Source of the DNA: a virus
Taxonomy: Duplodnaviria > Caudoviricetes
Length of the DNA: 64,000 bases
Reading direction: 5' to 3' (one strand)
Virus record (IMG/VR): IMGVR_UViG_3300029705_000021
Translations under genes and position numbers: made by a program
In this document: piece after piece, positions 37,284-52,200 of the stretch
How the letters are laid out: each line of letters starts with the position of its first letter
Position numbering within the stretch: the stretch's first letter is position 1
Notes under the pieces: model-generated
Database searches by the model: none
Told to the model about the DNA's origin: nothing
What the model saw: the letters and a program-made list of their open reading frames with translations, nothing else

Positions 37284-40200
37284 ATGAGCGAAAAAAGACT
37301 TTCGGGCGATATAGATAAAAAGTTAGACCAATATTTAAGTGCTGCTATGGAGAAAGCAGAGAAAAAATTTGGCGAATTTGCAACAAATTTATTAAGTCAA
37401 GAACAACAAATAGAAAAAACTATGGAAACAGTTGCAAAGAAAAACACAACAGCGACAAAAAAACTTGGGCAGTCGATTGCTAAAGATGGTGAAGAACTTG
37501 AAAAGATGATTGATAAAGCTTTTTCTGGACTTAATGAAAAAATGTCGGGGAAACTAAGCGTGTTTGGCAATAAAGAATACAGTAAACAAGAAAAAGTACT
37601 AGATGAAAGAGCAGAACGTTTAAAGAAGACTATTAAAAACCACATTAAATCAATTCAAGAAGTTTATGATTCTGCAAAAAAATTTAATGTAAATGATACG
37701 TTTAATGATTTAGAATCTAGTAAATGGTTAAGAGGATTTTTACCTGACAGTAAGGAAATTACTCAGTCAACAAAAGAAATTGTAAATGCATTAAAAAATC
37801 AAGGTTTGGAAGTTGAAAAGGAATTAAAAGATCAAATAAAGCATAGGCAAAAGTTATTTCTTGGATATTCTCAAATGAAAGAAAATATTGATTTAAGTAA
37901 AATCACAAATAAAGATTCATTAGAGCAGTACAAAAAAATGTATAAGGCAGCAGCTTATTTAAGCCATATTGAAGATGAGTTAAGAGGTAAAATAAGAGAG
38001 AGAGCCAAAATTTATGATAAAGAAATTGAAATTCCTTTTAAAGGAACTTTTAAAATGAAAGAATTAGATACTATTGTTGAAAATATTAAAGGTAAAGTTA
38101 AAAATTTAACTTCTGAAACAGAATTACAAAATTTATTTGGAGATGATGTGTTTCAGTTACTTGAAGATAGACAGGCTTTAGCAGACAAAGCTATCAAATC
38201 GCAAGGTAAAGAAACTATTGAAATTGCCAAGAAGACAATAACTGTCATCAAAGAAGAGAAAGATGAAATGCTTGCATTACATAAAGCAATTGACACAACA
38301 AGCAAGTCTCTTGACAAGATGGGGAAAGTAAGCAGTAATTTTAGAAGAAAGTGGAATACTTTAAGTACGACAGATGGTAAATTAAATGGTGCTGCATCGA
38401 AAGCGGATTTCGCACTTAATATGGCAAATATTTTACAAAATGGCGACATATCTAGTTTAAAATATAAAGATGAAACTGATAAAGATTTCGAGACAAGACG
38501 TAAGATTGTTATGGAAAAATACAATCAGATTTTAGAGGAATATAGTGATGTAAAAAATGCAGTAGAAGCTATAATGAGTGGCAAAGCTATTTCAGTACCA
38601 AAGGAAATTTCCAACCCAGTAGTTGTAGATAGTGATGAGTTTGAAAAGATTAAAGAAAAAGCAGACAAAGCTAATGGTTCAGTTAATAATCTTAAAACAA
38701 ACTTAAAAGAACTTGCTGACCAACAACGTAATGAGGGTAACGTTAATGATTTTGATGGAAAAGATTGGAAATATTCTAAAGATAGTATTGAAAGATATGC
38801 TGAAGGTATCAAAAATCTTAAAGAACAAATAAGTCAAACAACTGATGCAAAATTACTTGATGATTTAAATAGGGAGTTAGAAGATGCAAAGATAAGTTTT
38901 ATAGCATTATATGACACTGTAAACGATTACTTTGATGGGAAACTAAATAAAAATAGAAGTATTAAAGCAGAGATTAGAAATCTATACTCTTCTCTTATTG
39001 GTGAAGAGGCACAGTTTGATACTCATTTTAGTGAAAGGGTTACACCTTCTGTTTCGACTCCACAGCCTAATCCTACTCAAATAGTTGATAAGACTGAAAG
39101 ATTAAAAGAACTTGTAAATAAAACAACTATTAATTTTGAGGAATTAAAAGAAATTCTTTCTTCTTTGCCAGATGATAAAATAAAATCTATAGCAACAGCT
39201 CTCGAAATGGCAATGAAGGTTGACGTTGATGCATGGAAAATGTTTGTTGAAAAATCAGAAATGGGAAAATATTTTACATTTGAAGGGACTAGAAGCGGGG
39301 CAAAGTTTTTCTTGAATAATGACGGAGAATTTACAAGAAAACCAAATAAAAACAAAGTAAGTTTTACTGAAGATAGAAAATATCTCGGAAAAGATATTGA
39401 ATATAATGATAGCAGAATAGCTAGTCTTATATTTGATTTAAGAAATAATCTTATGAAAGCTTCTACTAATTCTACTTCTCTTCCATCATCTGGTACTTCA
39501 CAAGAGATAGAAAATCAAAACCAATTACAAAAAGAACTTGAAGATTCAATAAAGCTAGTCGAAGGATTAGAAAGATCTCTAAATCTTATTGTTAATGGAA
39601 CAAATGAAAATAGTTCTTCTGATTTTTTAAAAGCTCAAATTGAATCATTAAAGTCGTTTGAAGAAAATTTAATTAATGTAGAAGAAAGGATTAAGTCTTT
39701 AAATTTAGATAATTCTCTTAAATCTGGTGTTTTAGGTAATATTTCAGAATTAAAGTCAAACTTTGCTACTAATATTGAAACGCTGAATGATTGGATGAAT
39801 AAAGCGATTGCGCCTTCTACTCCTACAAATTTACATACGGAAGCACTGTCTGTTGAAGAATTAACAGAAGCATATTTAGAATTGTGCGAAGTACAAGAAA
39901 AAATTAATATTTTACGTGAAAGATACCCTAGAGAAGATGTTGAATGGTACGAAGGTAATGTTATAAAAAAAGATGATTTTACACAAAAAGGCAGTCTTGC
40001 TTCTGTTCTTAAAAATTATTTAAAAAATGATCAAGTGAAGGAAATTCTACGAGATGCAAACGATAATATTAAAGAATTAAATCAAATTATTGAAGAGTAT
40101 GAACGTGCTTATCATGCAAATTTTTGGAGTGAATATTTTAACGATAAATCTTTTGAAGATAGGCTTAAATTTTTAGAAGATATTGCTATTGGTAAGAAAC

Positions 40201-43200
40201 AGGGTAATCAAAATTATAAAGAATTGCAAAGTGTAGATTATTTTGGGTATATTGAAGCAGAATTATTAGATGGAACTATAAAACGATTGACTTCTGTAGA
40301 TTTTGATATTGGAGATATTTTTCAAACTTACGAAAGCAATTTAAAAGGAAATATAAGTAGTTTGAAATATGTTTTAGAAAGTAATATAGAGGATCTTCGA
40401 TATACAGTAGAATACAAACTTGCAGATTTTGGTAATAATATTGGATACGTACTTGATGACGTGCAGGATATTATTAACGACAAATTGTTGACATTATTTA
40501 AAACAGATATTGGTTTAAAAGTATTTGAGAATCTTGATTATAAAGGTGGATATGCTGTTCCTATTGATGATTTTGTTGAAGGAATGGACTATTATGGTCT
40601 TATAGAACAAGCAGAAGAAACATGGAGACAAACTGAAGAATTTAAAACATACTATGAAAAATATAAATCATTAATTAATGAAATATATGATTGGAATGAT
40701 CAAAATGTTATTGCAGACAAAGACACATGGAAGCCAGTTTTAAAGAACACTGATAATTTAGAAGAATCTATTGCCGTAATGAAAAGTTATCAAGAACAAT
40801 TACGTGAATTAATTAACAATAATACAATGCATCGTGTATTGTATTATGAAGAAAGTAGTAATATTACTAAAGATTTTACGTATCTTGACGAATTAATTGA
40901 AAGAACCAAGACTCTTCAAGAACAGATGAAAGTTGAACCTCCTTCTCTTTCACTCACAGAAGAATCTTCAGGACAGAAAGCAGTTAAACTTTTTGACGAA
41001 TATGGTCAAAAGATAAAAGAAGTTAATGCGGAATTGTTAAAAGGTACAAAATTAATTGAAGAACAAAATCAAGGCATTATTAAACTATATCATAATTCTA
41101 ATGAAATATTTGAATCATTTTCATTGTCTAATGCAGGAAAAAATCAAGGTCTTAGTCAAGGCATGGGAACTTATTTGGCAACTAATCCTAGAGATTATAA
41201 TGATGCAGCATATGGCATATTCCAAACAGAATGGTACGCAAAAGTAACAAAGCCATTAATTAAAAATGTAATCAGTCGTATGGGCGGTGAACTATTTAAA
41301 GCTTTTTCTGAAGATGAAATAATTAAAATTTTCAAGGAATATTATGGCACAGAACACCCTGGAAATGAAGATTACTTAAGAGAAAAATTTTCAAGAAGTG
41401 TTAGTATAAATGATGGATTAGAAGTAGCAGCAAAACAAAAAGGGCAGACTATGAATGATGTCTTACAGTTTCTTGGATATGATTCTATTATTGATGGAAC
41501 TCAAGTAATTATATTTGATCCAAAAAATGTTGTAAGAGCTAATGATATAATAAAATCTTTAGATGGCGTTGAATTGTCATTAGATGAAGCAACACAAAAA
41601 TCTAATGAATTAAAAAATGTTACTTCCCAAATTATTGAAAAGTATGATGAATTAAACAATCATAAGCTCGATGAAAATTCTCAAAAGAAAGATTTTGAAC
41701 AGCATATTTCAATGTTAAAAGAAATCATTCCATTAATGGAAGAATATTCTACTTTAACGAATGGAAGAAATAGATTATCTTATACTGATAGTAATAATAA
41801 ACGTAATAATGTTCGTTTAGATGACTTGCAAAATTCCATAGGAAATTTTGAACAAGTTATGAATAATAGATTTCCAGAAATTGAACAAACTGCACACGAA
41901 ACAGAACGACTCGCTCAAAAAGAACAAAAAGCTTCGGAAGAAGCACAAAACTTTGCAAAAACTATAGCTGAAAGTTTTGGTGTAAAAAGTAAATCTGTTA
42001 TTGAAAGATTAGGATTTGAGATAGATGATGTTTTAGCTAAGTTAAGAGAAGCTAATTCTGCTGGTATGTCTGGAGATGAATTTGATATATTTATGAGTAC
42101 ACCTCCTAATTATCATAGCATTCTTGATATTTTAGCTGAAGATGCAAATGTTGCAAAAACTGCCATTGGTAGTGCATATGATGAATACGATAAGTTAAGA
42201 GAGTATGTAAGTAACTCTAAGATTCATAATAGTCCTATTTTTGCATCGGAGCTTGGAGATGATTATCATAAGATAAGAAATGTCATAGGTTCTACTGTTC
42301 TAGTAAATAAAGGTGGTACAGATATAGTTACATATCTAGAAGAATTAAACAGTGCGCTTGGACATACTATTGATATTACTGGTATAGCTCAAAATGATCT
42401 TAGGCAATTATATGAAGTATTAAATAATGGTAAACAAGAGAGATTATCATTTATATCTGATACATTGGCTGCAGATGGTTCATTAGAATACATACAATCT
42501 ATTATTGAAGCTAATAATCAAGAAGCTGAATCAAATGAAAGAGTAATTGAAAGCGAGCAGAAAAAGAGAAAACTTAGGATTGCTAATAAGGATTGGTTAG
42601 AGAAGCATCCTAAAATCAAAAACCCAATTCAAGGGAAAGCCGACTCTTCATCTTCTGCTACTGTTACTATTGTAGAGAAAGAACAAGAACAAGCTAAAGC
42701 AGTTGAAGAGACTACACATGCTATTGAAACTCAAACGGAAGCTATTGAAAATAATACTAAAGCTAAAGAAAAGAATAATAAGAGTAAATCTAAAGGTTAT
42801 GATTTCCTTGAAAACTCTACTTTTGCTTCAGAAGATGTTATAAATAAGCTTCAGGAAGTTATTAATAATTCAGAAAATATTCCAAAAGATAATGCAAAAA
42901 TATCTGTAACTTCTAGTGCAGATGGTACTATTACTGGTGGATCAATAACTTATGTAGACGATGCATTAAAAAGAACAGTTACCGAAGTTTATTCGTTAAA
43001 GAAGTTAACTGATGAAATGGCAGTAGCAACTGATGATGTAATGGAAGCCGAGCAAGCTCTTGTTTTATTGTATACAAAAGCAACCGATGATGGAATTGCT
43101 AGAGCTAAACAGGAAGAAAAAGCCAGAGAAAAAGAGAAAAAAGATTTAGATGAAATTTATGCAAAGCAACTTAAATATCAAGGTGAAATTGATAGAGTAA

Positions 43201-46200
43201 AAAGAGAAGCTTTAGAACATGCAACTAGACCTATTAGAACAGAGGGTAGAATTGGTGAAGTTAATACTGCGCATAGCAACGTTACTAATAAAATAAACGA
43301 ATATTTGGGTGATGGTGTTGTTTCTGTTTCTAAAGCAGCAATTGCAGAAATTGAAACAGCAATAAATGATTATAAAGCATTGGTAAATAGACTTCAATCT
43401 AAAGATAATGTTCCAACTATGGCTACTACTGACTTTGAAAATAAAAAAGCTCAATCTATTGCAGATATCGAAGGGTTAATTGCAGATTTAAAAAAGGCTG
43501 GAGATTATACTTCTGATTTACAAAAGAAGGCTGAAGACTTATGGATTAAGTTAAATGAAGTGGGTAGTGGTGATGAGTTATTACCACTTGCCAAATCAAT
43601 AGGTACAATATCTAGAGAGTTTAATTCTTTGAAAAAGTATCATGATTTAGCAATTCAGAAACAAAAAGAGATTCAGAGTCAATATGATCAGAGTATACAA
43701 ATTATTAAACAACTTGAAGTAGAAACTGATAAATTAAATAATATGATGGCTTCTGATCTTGGTAAAGGTAAAAAGTCTAATCAAATTGAAGATCAGTTAA
43801 ATAAAACGGTTGAAGCTGCCAATAATGCTAAAAAGGCTATCGAAGATGTTGACCAAATGTTTGCACAAGGTAAAATTAACAAAGGACAACAACGTGAGGC
43901 TGGAAATGCATATAGAGAAGCAAGACAAGGTTCTACTGCATCTCAAGCTAGATACGAAGATGCAAAGGCTTCTGAAGAAAAGGCTCAAGCTGCAAAAAAT
44001 GAAAAAGCGGCAGTTGATAACCTTAAGGAATCTTTAAAGAATTTAATATCTGCTTACACTCAGCTAACATCTGTAAGTGTTAAACCTGGCGAGAATTCTT
44101 TTGCAAACGCTCTTGAACAAGTTAATAGAGCTAGAACTAATTTTGCAAATATGTATGCATCAGCACAAAATGCAGGCGTTAATGACGACCAGTTATTAGA
44201 TATTCAGCAAAATTCTATAGTAGAACTTACTGAAAGAGTTAGCCAAGCAGGTGCAAAAGCATTTGATTCTTATATCAATAAAATCGAAGAAACAAAAAGT
44301 AAGTTAAAGTCTTTAGGACAGCTATCTCCTGACGCACTTAAAGAATTTAATGAATTAATTCAAAGATTGTATAATGCTAATTTTAATAAAGATTTAAGCA
44401 GCTTTGATGGTATTCAAAAATATATTCAAGATATAGCTAAGTATAGTTCTATTGTTGATGAAGAAGTACAAAGAATATCTCAAGGATCTAAAATTGGTTC
44501 TTTTGAAGCCCAAATAGCAGAATTTGATCAAATGAATGTAAAATCTGTTAGATTCATTTCTTTACTTACACAAGTTAAACAAAGATTAAAAGAATTTAAT
44601 GATTTTAAAGCGCAAACAAGTGATAAGCAGTTAATCTCAGATAGAGAATTCCAATTAATCAAGCAATTAAGTCCTATGATTAATGACCTTTATAAAGAGG
44701 CACAAGGTAAAGGAACACTTATTCCTGAAACAATAGGACAAGTAACTAATGTCCAGCAGCTTGAAGAAGCAATGCAAAATTACGCTAAAACCCTTGGTTA
44801 TACAAGGCGAGTTGGTAAAACGGTGGCACAAGAAAATGGTCAACTTACTATAAGCTTTAAAAATGGTGAAGGTCAAATATTAAAAATGACTGGTAGTGTT
44901 GATGCCCTTAATAAAGGACTACGACAAACTTCTGTAGTTTCAAATCAAGCAGTTGGATTTATTACTAATCTTAAAGCTTCATTTAAACAAATGATTGGAT
45001 ATTTTACTAGATATTATACTGGTTATATGTTAATAACTAGAGTTATTAGTTATTTTAAAGAAGGTATTTCAATTGTAAAAGAATTTGATGCTGCCATGAC
45101 AGAACTCCAAAAGGTATCTAATGATAGTGCTGAAGCATTAAAGAAATTTGAAAAACAATCATTTGAGATTGCAGAAACTATTGGTAGTACTGGCAAAGAA
45201 ATCGTTAATTCTGCAGCTGATTGGGAAAAACTTGGTTATGCTATTGAAGATGCAAGCGAATTAGCAAGAAATGCTGCGTTATATTCTAACGTTGGCGATA
45301 TGGATATTGATACTGCTACAGAGCATATGGTATCAACATTAAAAGCTTTTGAAGAATTTGATGCACAGAGTTCTCAGCTCATTGTAGACAAGTTTAACGA
45401 GATAGGAAATAACTATGCGATCACTTCTGAGGGAATAGGTGCAGCTCTTGAAAGATCAGCATCTACATTAGTAGCCGCAAACAATGATTTAGATCAAGCG
45501 ATTGCATTAATTACAGCAGGTAATATTATTACACAAGACCCAGAAAGCGTAGGTAATGCTATAAAAGTTGTTTCTATGCGTTTAAGAGGCGCAAAAGCCG
45601 AGCTTGAAAAAACAGGTGAAGAAACAGAAGGTTTAATAACATCAACATCAAAATTACAAGAAAAGATTATGGCTTTAACAGGTGTTGATATCATGATTGA
45701 TGATTCAACATTTAAAAGTACATATGAAATTTTATTAGAAATTTCTAAAGTATGGGATGAACTTAGTGACGTAAATAGAGCCAGTGTACTTGAAGTAATA
45801 GCAGGTAAAACACGTGGATCTGTAGTTGCAGGTCTTCTTCAACAAGGAGATACATTAGAAAGTGTATATCAAGATTCTCAAAAAGCAGAGGGTTCAGCAT
45901 TAGAAGAAAATGAGAGATATCTTGAATCTATTCAAGGTCATTTAGATAAACTTAGTAATCAATGGCAGAAAATATGGACATCCGAAGTAACCAGAGAAAC
46001 AATGAACTGGTTTGTTGACAAACTTACAGGGCTTCTTAAAATTGTTGAAAAGCTTGGATTAGGATTGTCAACCGTAATTGGCGCAGGTACAATAATAGGT
46101 GGAAAAGCGTTAATAAAAACAATTTCAAGTAGCGGTGGTAGGGTTAAACAAAATAAATATATAAAAGTCAACCCTCGAATCAAATATGCCACCGAGCAAG

Positions 46201-49200
46201 TTAGCTGAAAGGTGAACGAGTTATAATTTAGTGCGTATAAGAATATCAATACTTAGTCAGATTTGGTATAGTTGACGTTGTATATGTAAAGATACATATA
46301 GTGCATAAAAATATACAGATCATATGGAATATACGGAGTACCGAAGAAGTATGCTAAGGAGTGTGCGTAAAAGTACATACAGAAGTATATAATAAATAAT
46401 ATATGAAAGAATAAGTATATAATGTAAACGACAACAAATGCTTGACTAGAAAAATATAAGGAAACGTAAGAAACGTAGAGAAAAAGCAAGAAACAATAAT
46501 AAAGCAAAAATAGTTTGTGAAGATAATTGTTTATGTATCAAATGTGATTAAGTGTAGGCATCGAAAAATGTTAATACACAATTACAAGAAGTATAAAATA
46601 TATTATATAAACATATGAAATATGGAAATAAAATGTGTATTGACTAAAATCGGTGTTGCTATCCTTATGCGCATTAGAGAATAACAAGGCTTGCTGTAGC
46701 TAAACAGCAGAGAATGGAGTAAGTGGTAATGCACTACTCTCCTATTATTAATTATAGGACGTGGAGCGTCTAAAAGGAATAAATTACTAAGCTTATGCAG
46801 GGATGTATAAGTGGCAAATGCGAAAGTATGAGGTAAAGTAAAAAGTTTTATTTTAAGAGACGTAATGCGCAAGAGACAGCTCTAGAACAGAGCTACCTTC
46901 ACAGAGTGTAAGGGCTGTGTGGATAGATAATGTTACTCTTCTATTCATAAAAGTGCACTCGAAACTGACATCAGGCATAGATGTAATTAATAGTGTTGAG
47001 ATACATAACACTTTATGCTATTAGGGCACACAAGCCAGTGTGTAAATGTATCATGGCTAAAAGTGATTAAAAATAAAAATACATAAATAAATATAAAATA
47101 AATAAATATAAAATAAATATATAAAATAAATATATAAATAAATATATATTTATAACCTAGAAGAGAATAAGATAAAATAATTAACTTAAAAAGTTTAGAT
47201 ATAATAGATAATAAATATTTAAATATAGATATAAGTTAATCCTGTATCTTAGAAAAACAATACTACTCTTCTACTGGTTTTAAATATATAAAGTTCGTTA
47301 TAACAATGTAAGTTATATAAATTATAAAGTGTTGTTTTTCTAAGGTATAGGATTAAAATGTTATATATTATATTTGAAAATTATCAAATTTATTAAAATT
47401 TATTATATATAGAAAAAATAAAAGATTAAAAATTAATTATTTTATCAAACGAAAGTTTGATATCAAATATAATAAAAAATGGTTTTACATCTACATCATC
47501 TCAAACAGAAGCAGACACTGCGGCTACTGTAATGAACACAAAGGTGACGTATGAAAATGATATTGCTAGAAAACAAAAAGCCGCTACTATGGCTCGTGAA
47601 GCAGAGATGAATAGGTTAAATACTCAAAGTACAATACAGTTATCTCAAGCACAAAAAGAAGAAGCGGCTGCAAGTGCGGCTGCAAAAGCTGCAAATGAAG
47701 TTCAAACTAATTCAGAAGCAGAACAATTAATGGTCAAAGCTGGGCTTATAACCGCAGAAGAAATGGAGACGGGTGCAACTGTCCAAGCATCTTTAGCTGA
47801 TATACAGCTTGCTATAAATTCTAAAGCAGTGACTTTGGAAGAAGCTAAACAAATAGCTATTACCCTAGGACTTGATGCTGCTCAATTAAAAGCTGCAGGA
47901 TCAGCAACATTATTAAGCAAAGCATTAAATTTTATAAAAGCTCATCCAATTATTGTAGGCATTACTGCCATAATTGCTGTTGTTACTATTGCTCGAAAAG
48001 CTTATGATACATGGGGTAATAGTGCTGAAAAAACAACTAAGGCAGTTAAAGATTTAATGTCTGAATATGAACATGCTATCAATACAGCAAATGCCAATGC
48101 GAATAGAGTCGAAGAATTAGCGGAAGATTATGAAAAACTTTCTGAAGGTGTAAATGCATTAGGAGAAAATGTATCTTTAACTAATGAAGAATATGATAAA
48201 TATAATTCAATAGTGAATGAAATTGCAGAAATGTTCCCTACAATGGTTAAAGGATATACAGATGAGGGTAATGCGATTCTAAAACTTAAAGGAAATGTTG
48301 ATACTCTAAGAAATGCTTATACAGAAGCTCAAGAAGAGGCTTATAATTTACTTATCGCAACAGGTCAAGATGGTAATGGAAATGATATCTTGAAAGATGC
48401 TAACAATGTCATTAATGAAAAATACGTGGATGATTATACACAGGGAAATAAATCAGTTCTAATGCATATTGACGAAATGCAAGATATATTATTAGACGAT
48501 AATTATAAAGAAATTTTAATGAAAAAAACGGGATTAAATACTTCATTTGATCCTAGTGATGATGATGCAGAGTTTAGAAAATGGTTTACTTACTTAACTG
48601 GAATTTCTACAGACGGAAGAGCTTATATTGAAAATATTTCCAAAGAACAAGTTGAAGAAATTTTAAAGCAATTAAAAATACAAAAACAAACTTTAAATGC
48701 AGAGGTTGACTCAGTTGTTGATAATGTAGAAACTTTAGCCAACGCATATCTTATGAATAATGAAGATTATTCAAAATTAGATGATGAGCAAGTTAAAAAT
48801 GTGGCATCAATACTAGTAAATAATCTTAATACAGACATTGTTTCCGAGTTTGGAACAAATAGAGAAAATGTTGGAAAATATGTTAATAATATAATTGAAG
48901 ATTTGAATAATGATAAAGTAAAAACCGCCATTAATAAATTATTTGAACCAAATCTAGATGATATGCCTGTAAACGAAGCATCTAATATTATAACTCAATA
49001 TATTGAAGAAATAGTAAAGGCAACAGGTAGGACAGAAGTTGAACTCTTAGAATTATTTGGATTGGAAGATTATGTTAAATTCTCAAATAATTATAATGAA
49101 GTTTTAAGAAATGCGGCAAATCAAGCGCAAGGATATAATTATAATGATGCATATGCAAAAATGGAAGAATTTGCATTTAAATATTCTATTAATACTCAAG

Positions 49201-52200
49201 ACGAGCTTGTACTTTTTAATGACTTTTTAGAACAAACACATTACGACATTGAAAAAGCTTTTAAATTATATCAAGATCATTTGGTGGCAAATTATGAAAC
49301 AGAGTATGAAAGAATTGAAAATATTTGGAATAATGATTTTAAAGAAGAAACAAGAGAAGAATTATTAGATCTTGCGAAATCTGGAGAACTTACAGAAAAA
49401 ACTTTAAAATCAACTGAAGATTATAAAAAACTACTTAGCCAGACTGGATTAACAGCAGAGCAAGTCAAGGATAAAATTCTTGATTTATTAAGTGCCACAG
49501 AAAAGTTAGCAATGGCAGATACTAGTACAGAATCTTTAACTAGTGCTTATGAAGAGTTTTTAGGAAAAGGTTTTGTTACTGCTTCTACTCTTACATCAAT
49601 GCCAGAAACATTTAAAGAATTAGATGGTTTTAACTTGTTTGAGTCAATTGTAGGCGATCCGACTAGTGGTACTGATGGTACTGACGCAATTCAAAAAGCT
49701 TTTAATGATATATTAACTGAATGGTATATTGCAAATGAAGTAATGAAAGGCATTACAGAAGATACAAAAGAAACATATATAGCCAATATGGAAGATATGT
49801 ATATTGCGAATGCTGAAGAAGTTGCTAATAGTGTTTTAGAAAATAATGATTTGCTTAAATCTGCAGAAGACGAATATTTAAGGATTTTAAATTTTGACGG
49901 AAAAACATATGAAGAGTATGTTACAGAAAAAGGTAAAATTGATGAAGAATATTATAAATATATAGGAACTTCAAATGCATTATTATATTCAAAATTAGGT
50001 GAAGCGTATCAAGACGATCTAGAAAATTATTATATAGCATTAAATAATAAAAATAAATTAGAAAAAGCTTATGATAAAGTTCAAGAAAACAGAATTAAAA
50101 ATAATTCTTTAAAGACGATGGCTTTAGGTGTTGCTTTTACTCAATCAAATAGCGCAAAAAATGAAAATGATATAATGGATCTTATTGAATCTGAATATCA
50201 AAAAGCTCTAGAAGAATGGGAGCAAGCAAAAAAGATACTTGATGATGATTTAAATCTTATTACAACCAATTTTGACTTTAATTTTGATAAATTAAATGCA
50301 GATTCTTCATCTTTACAGATATTTGACTGGATTGAAACAAAGATCAAGCGTATTCAAGATGCTATTTCAAGTCTCGGTAGAACAATCAGTGCCACATATA
50401 AGTCATGGTCAACAAGAAATAATGCGATTGCTCAAGAAACTAACAAATTATTGGAAGAGCAAAATTATCAAAATCAGGCAGCTCAGAAGTATTTAAACAA
50501 AGCAAACGCTGTAGGTTTAGACCCTACTACTGCTAGTTTAGTTCGTGATGGTGCTATTCAAATTGACGAAATTACAGATGAAACCAAAAAAAAGCAGATT
50601 TCTCAATATCAAGAATGGTATGAAAAACATCTTGAAGCAAAAGAACGTGCAGAAGAAATCAATAGTGAAATTGTAGATAACTACATTGAATCATTTGATT
50701 TAGTTGCTTCTGAATATGATGCAAAAATTGGAGCGATTGAAAATCGTACAAGTATGCTTGATGCTTTAATCAGTAATCAAGAAGCAAAAGGACATATTGT
50801 AAGTCAATTGTTTTATAAAGAACTTCAAGATGAAGAATATGAGAAGAAGCTTAAGCTTGAAGCAGAACTTTTAGATCTTCAGGAAAAACTTTCTGATGCA
50901 ATGAATGCTAAAGGCAAAGATCGAGTTTTAGAATATTCAGAAACATGGTATGAAATGACTGGTGCTATAGATGATGTTCGTGAATCAATTATTGCAGCAA
51001 ATACTCAACTTATCGAATATGATAAGAATATACGTCAGCTTGATTGGGATGCATTTGATATGCAACAAGACCATATATCTAAGCTTACAGAAGAGACAGA
51101 GTTTTTAATGGGCTTAATGGAAGATGAAAAACTGTTTGATGAAGATACAGGTATAACTGAGCATGGAAAAGCTACAATGGGCTTACATGCAGTAAATTAT
51201 AATACTTATTTGGCACAAGCTGAAGATTACGCTAAAGAGTTGAAGGAAATTAATAAAGATTTAGCGAAAGATCCATATAATACAGAATTAATTGAAAGAC
51301 GTGAAGAATTATTAGGATTACAACGTGATATGATTTCTGCAGCGCAAGATGAAATACAAGCTATTAAAGATTTACAATCTGAAGCTTATGATAATTTACT
51401 TGAGAGATTGCAAGAAGTAATTGATAAGAGAAAAGAGGCTTTAAATGCCGAGAAAGATTAAAAAACTTATGTTAATCAGTATAAGTTTTTAGTCCGTTAT
51501 ATTTCGAAAGAATATAATGTATTGTTTTGAATTGCTGGGAAACCTTAAAGCTTTACACCACAATAATGGAGAAATCACATTATGAAGGTTTGAAAACGTA
51601 AAGATATATAGGTAATCAGCAGCGAAGCTTCTAAGTAAACTAATTAATTTTACAATTTACTATTGACAAATATTGTCATTTATTGTAAAATAAGTTTATA
51701 TGAAGAACGTTCAACGACCATTGCCTGAAATGGCATTAGGGAGAAGTCTCCCGAAGTGGAACACACCTAAGTAACTAATGAAAGTTATATGGTGAATGAT
51801 ATGGTCTGCACTTTAGTGAAAGCTAAAGAAAATTTACTTAAAGAAACTTTAAGTAAAATCTATAGGGTTTAACGAACCTTTGTAAATAAAAATTGTTTAA
51901 ACTAATTAAAAATATATATTAATAAAACATACAAATTAGGAGGTGAATTATGAAAAAGAAAACACATGAAGAATATGTGGTTGAGTTGGCTGTTAAAAAT
52001 CCTAATGTTGAAGTAGTTGAAGAATATATAGATTCAAGAACAAAAATATTGCATAGATGCTTAATTCATAATATTTATTGGAGTGCAATACCTTGTAATG
52101 TACTTAAAGGGTGTGGTTGTTCTAAGTGTGGAAAAGATAAAATAAGTAATGAACTTGTTAAAACACACAGTGAATATGTTAATGAATTAAGAATTATTAA

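Noticed and set aside
46140-47459. Group II intron or assembly artefact
   Set aside because: No domain V or RT ORF recognised, whereas group I P1/P4/P7/P8 pairings are present
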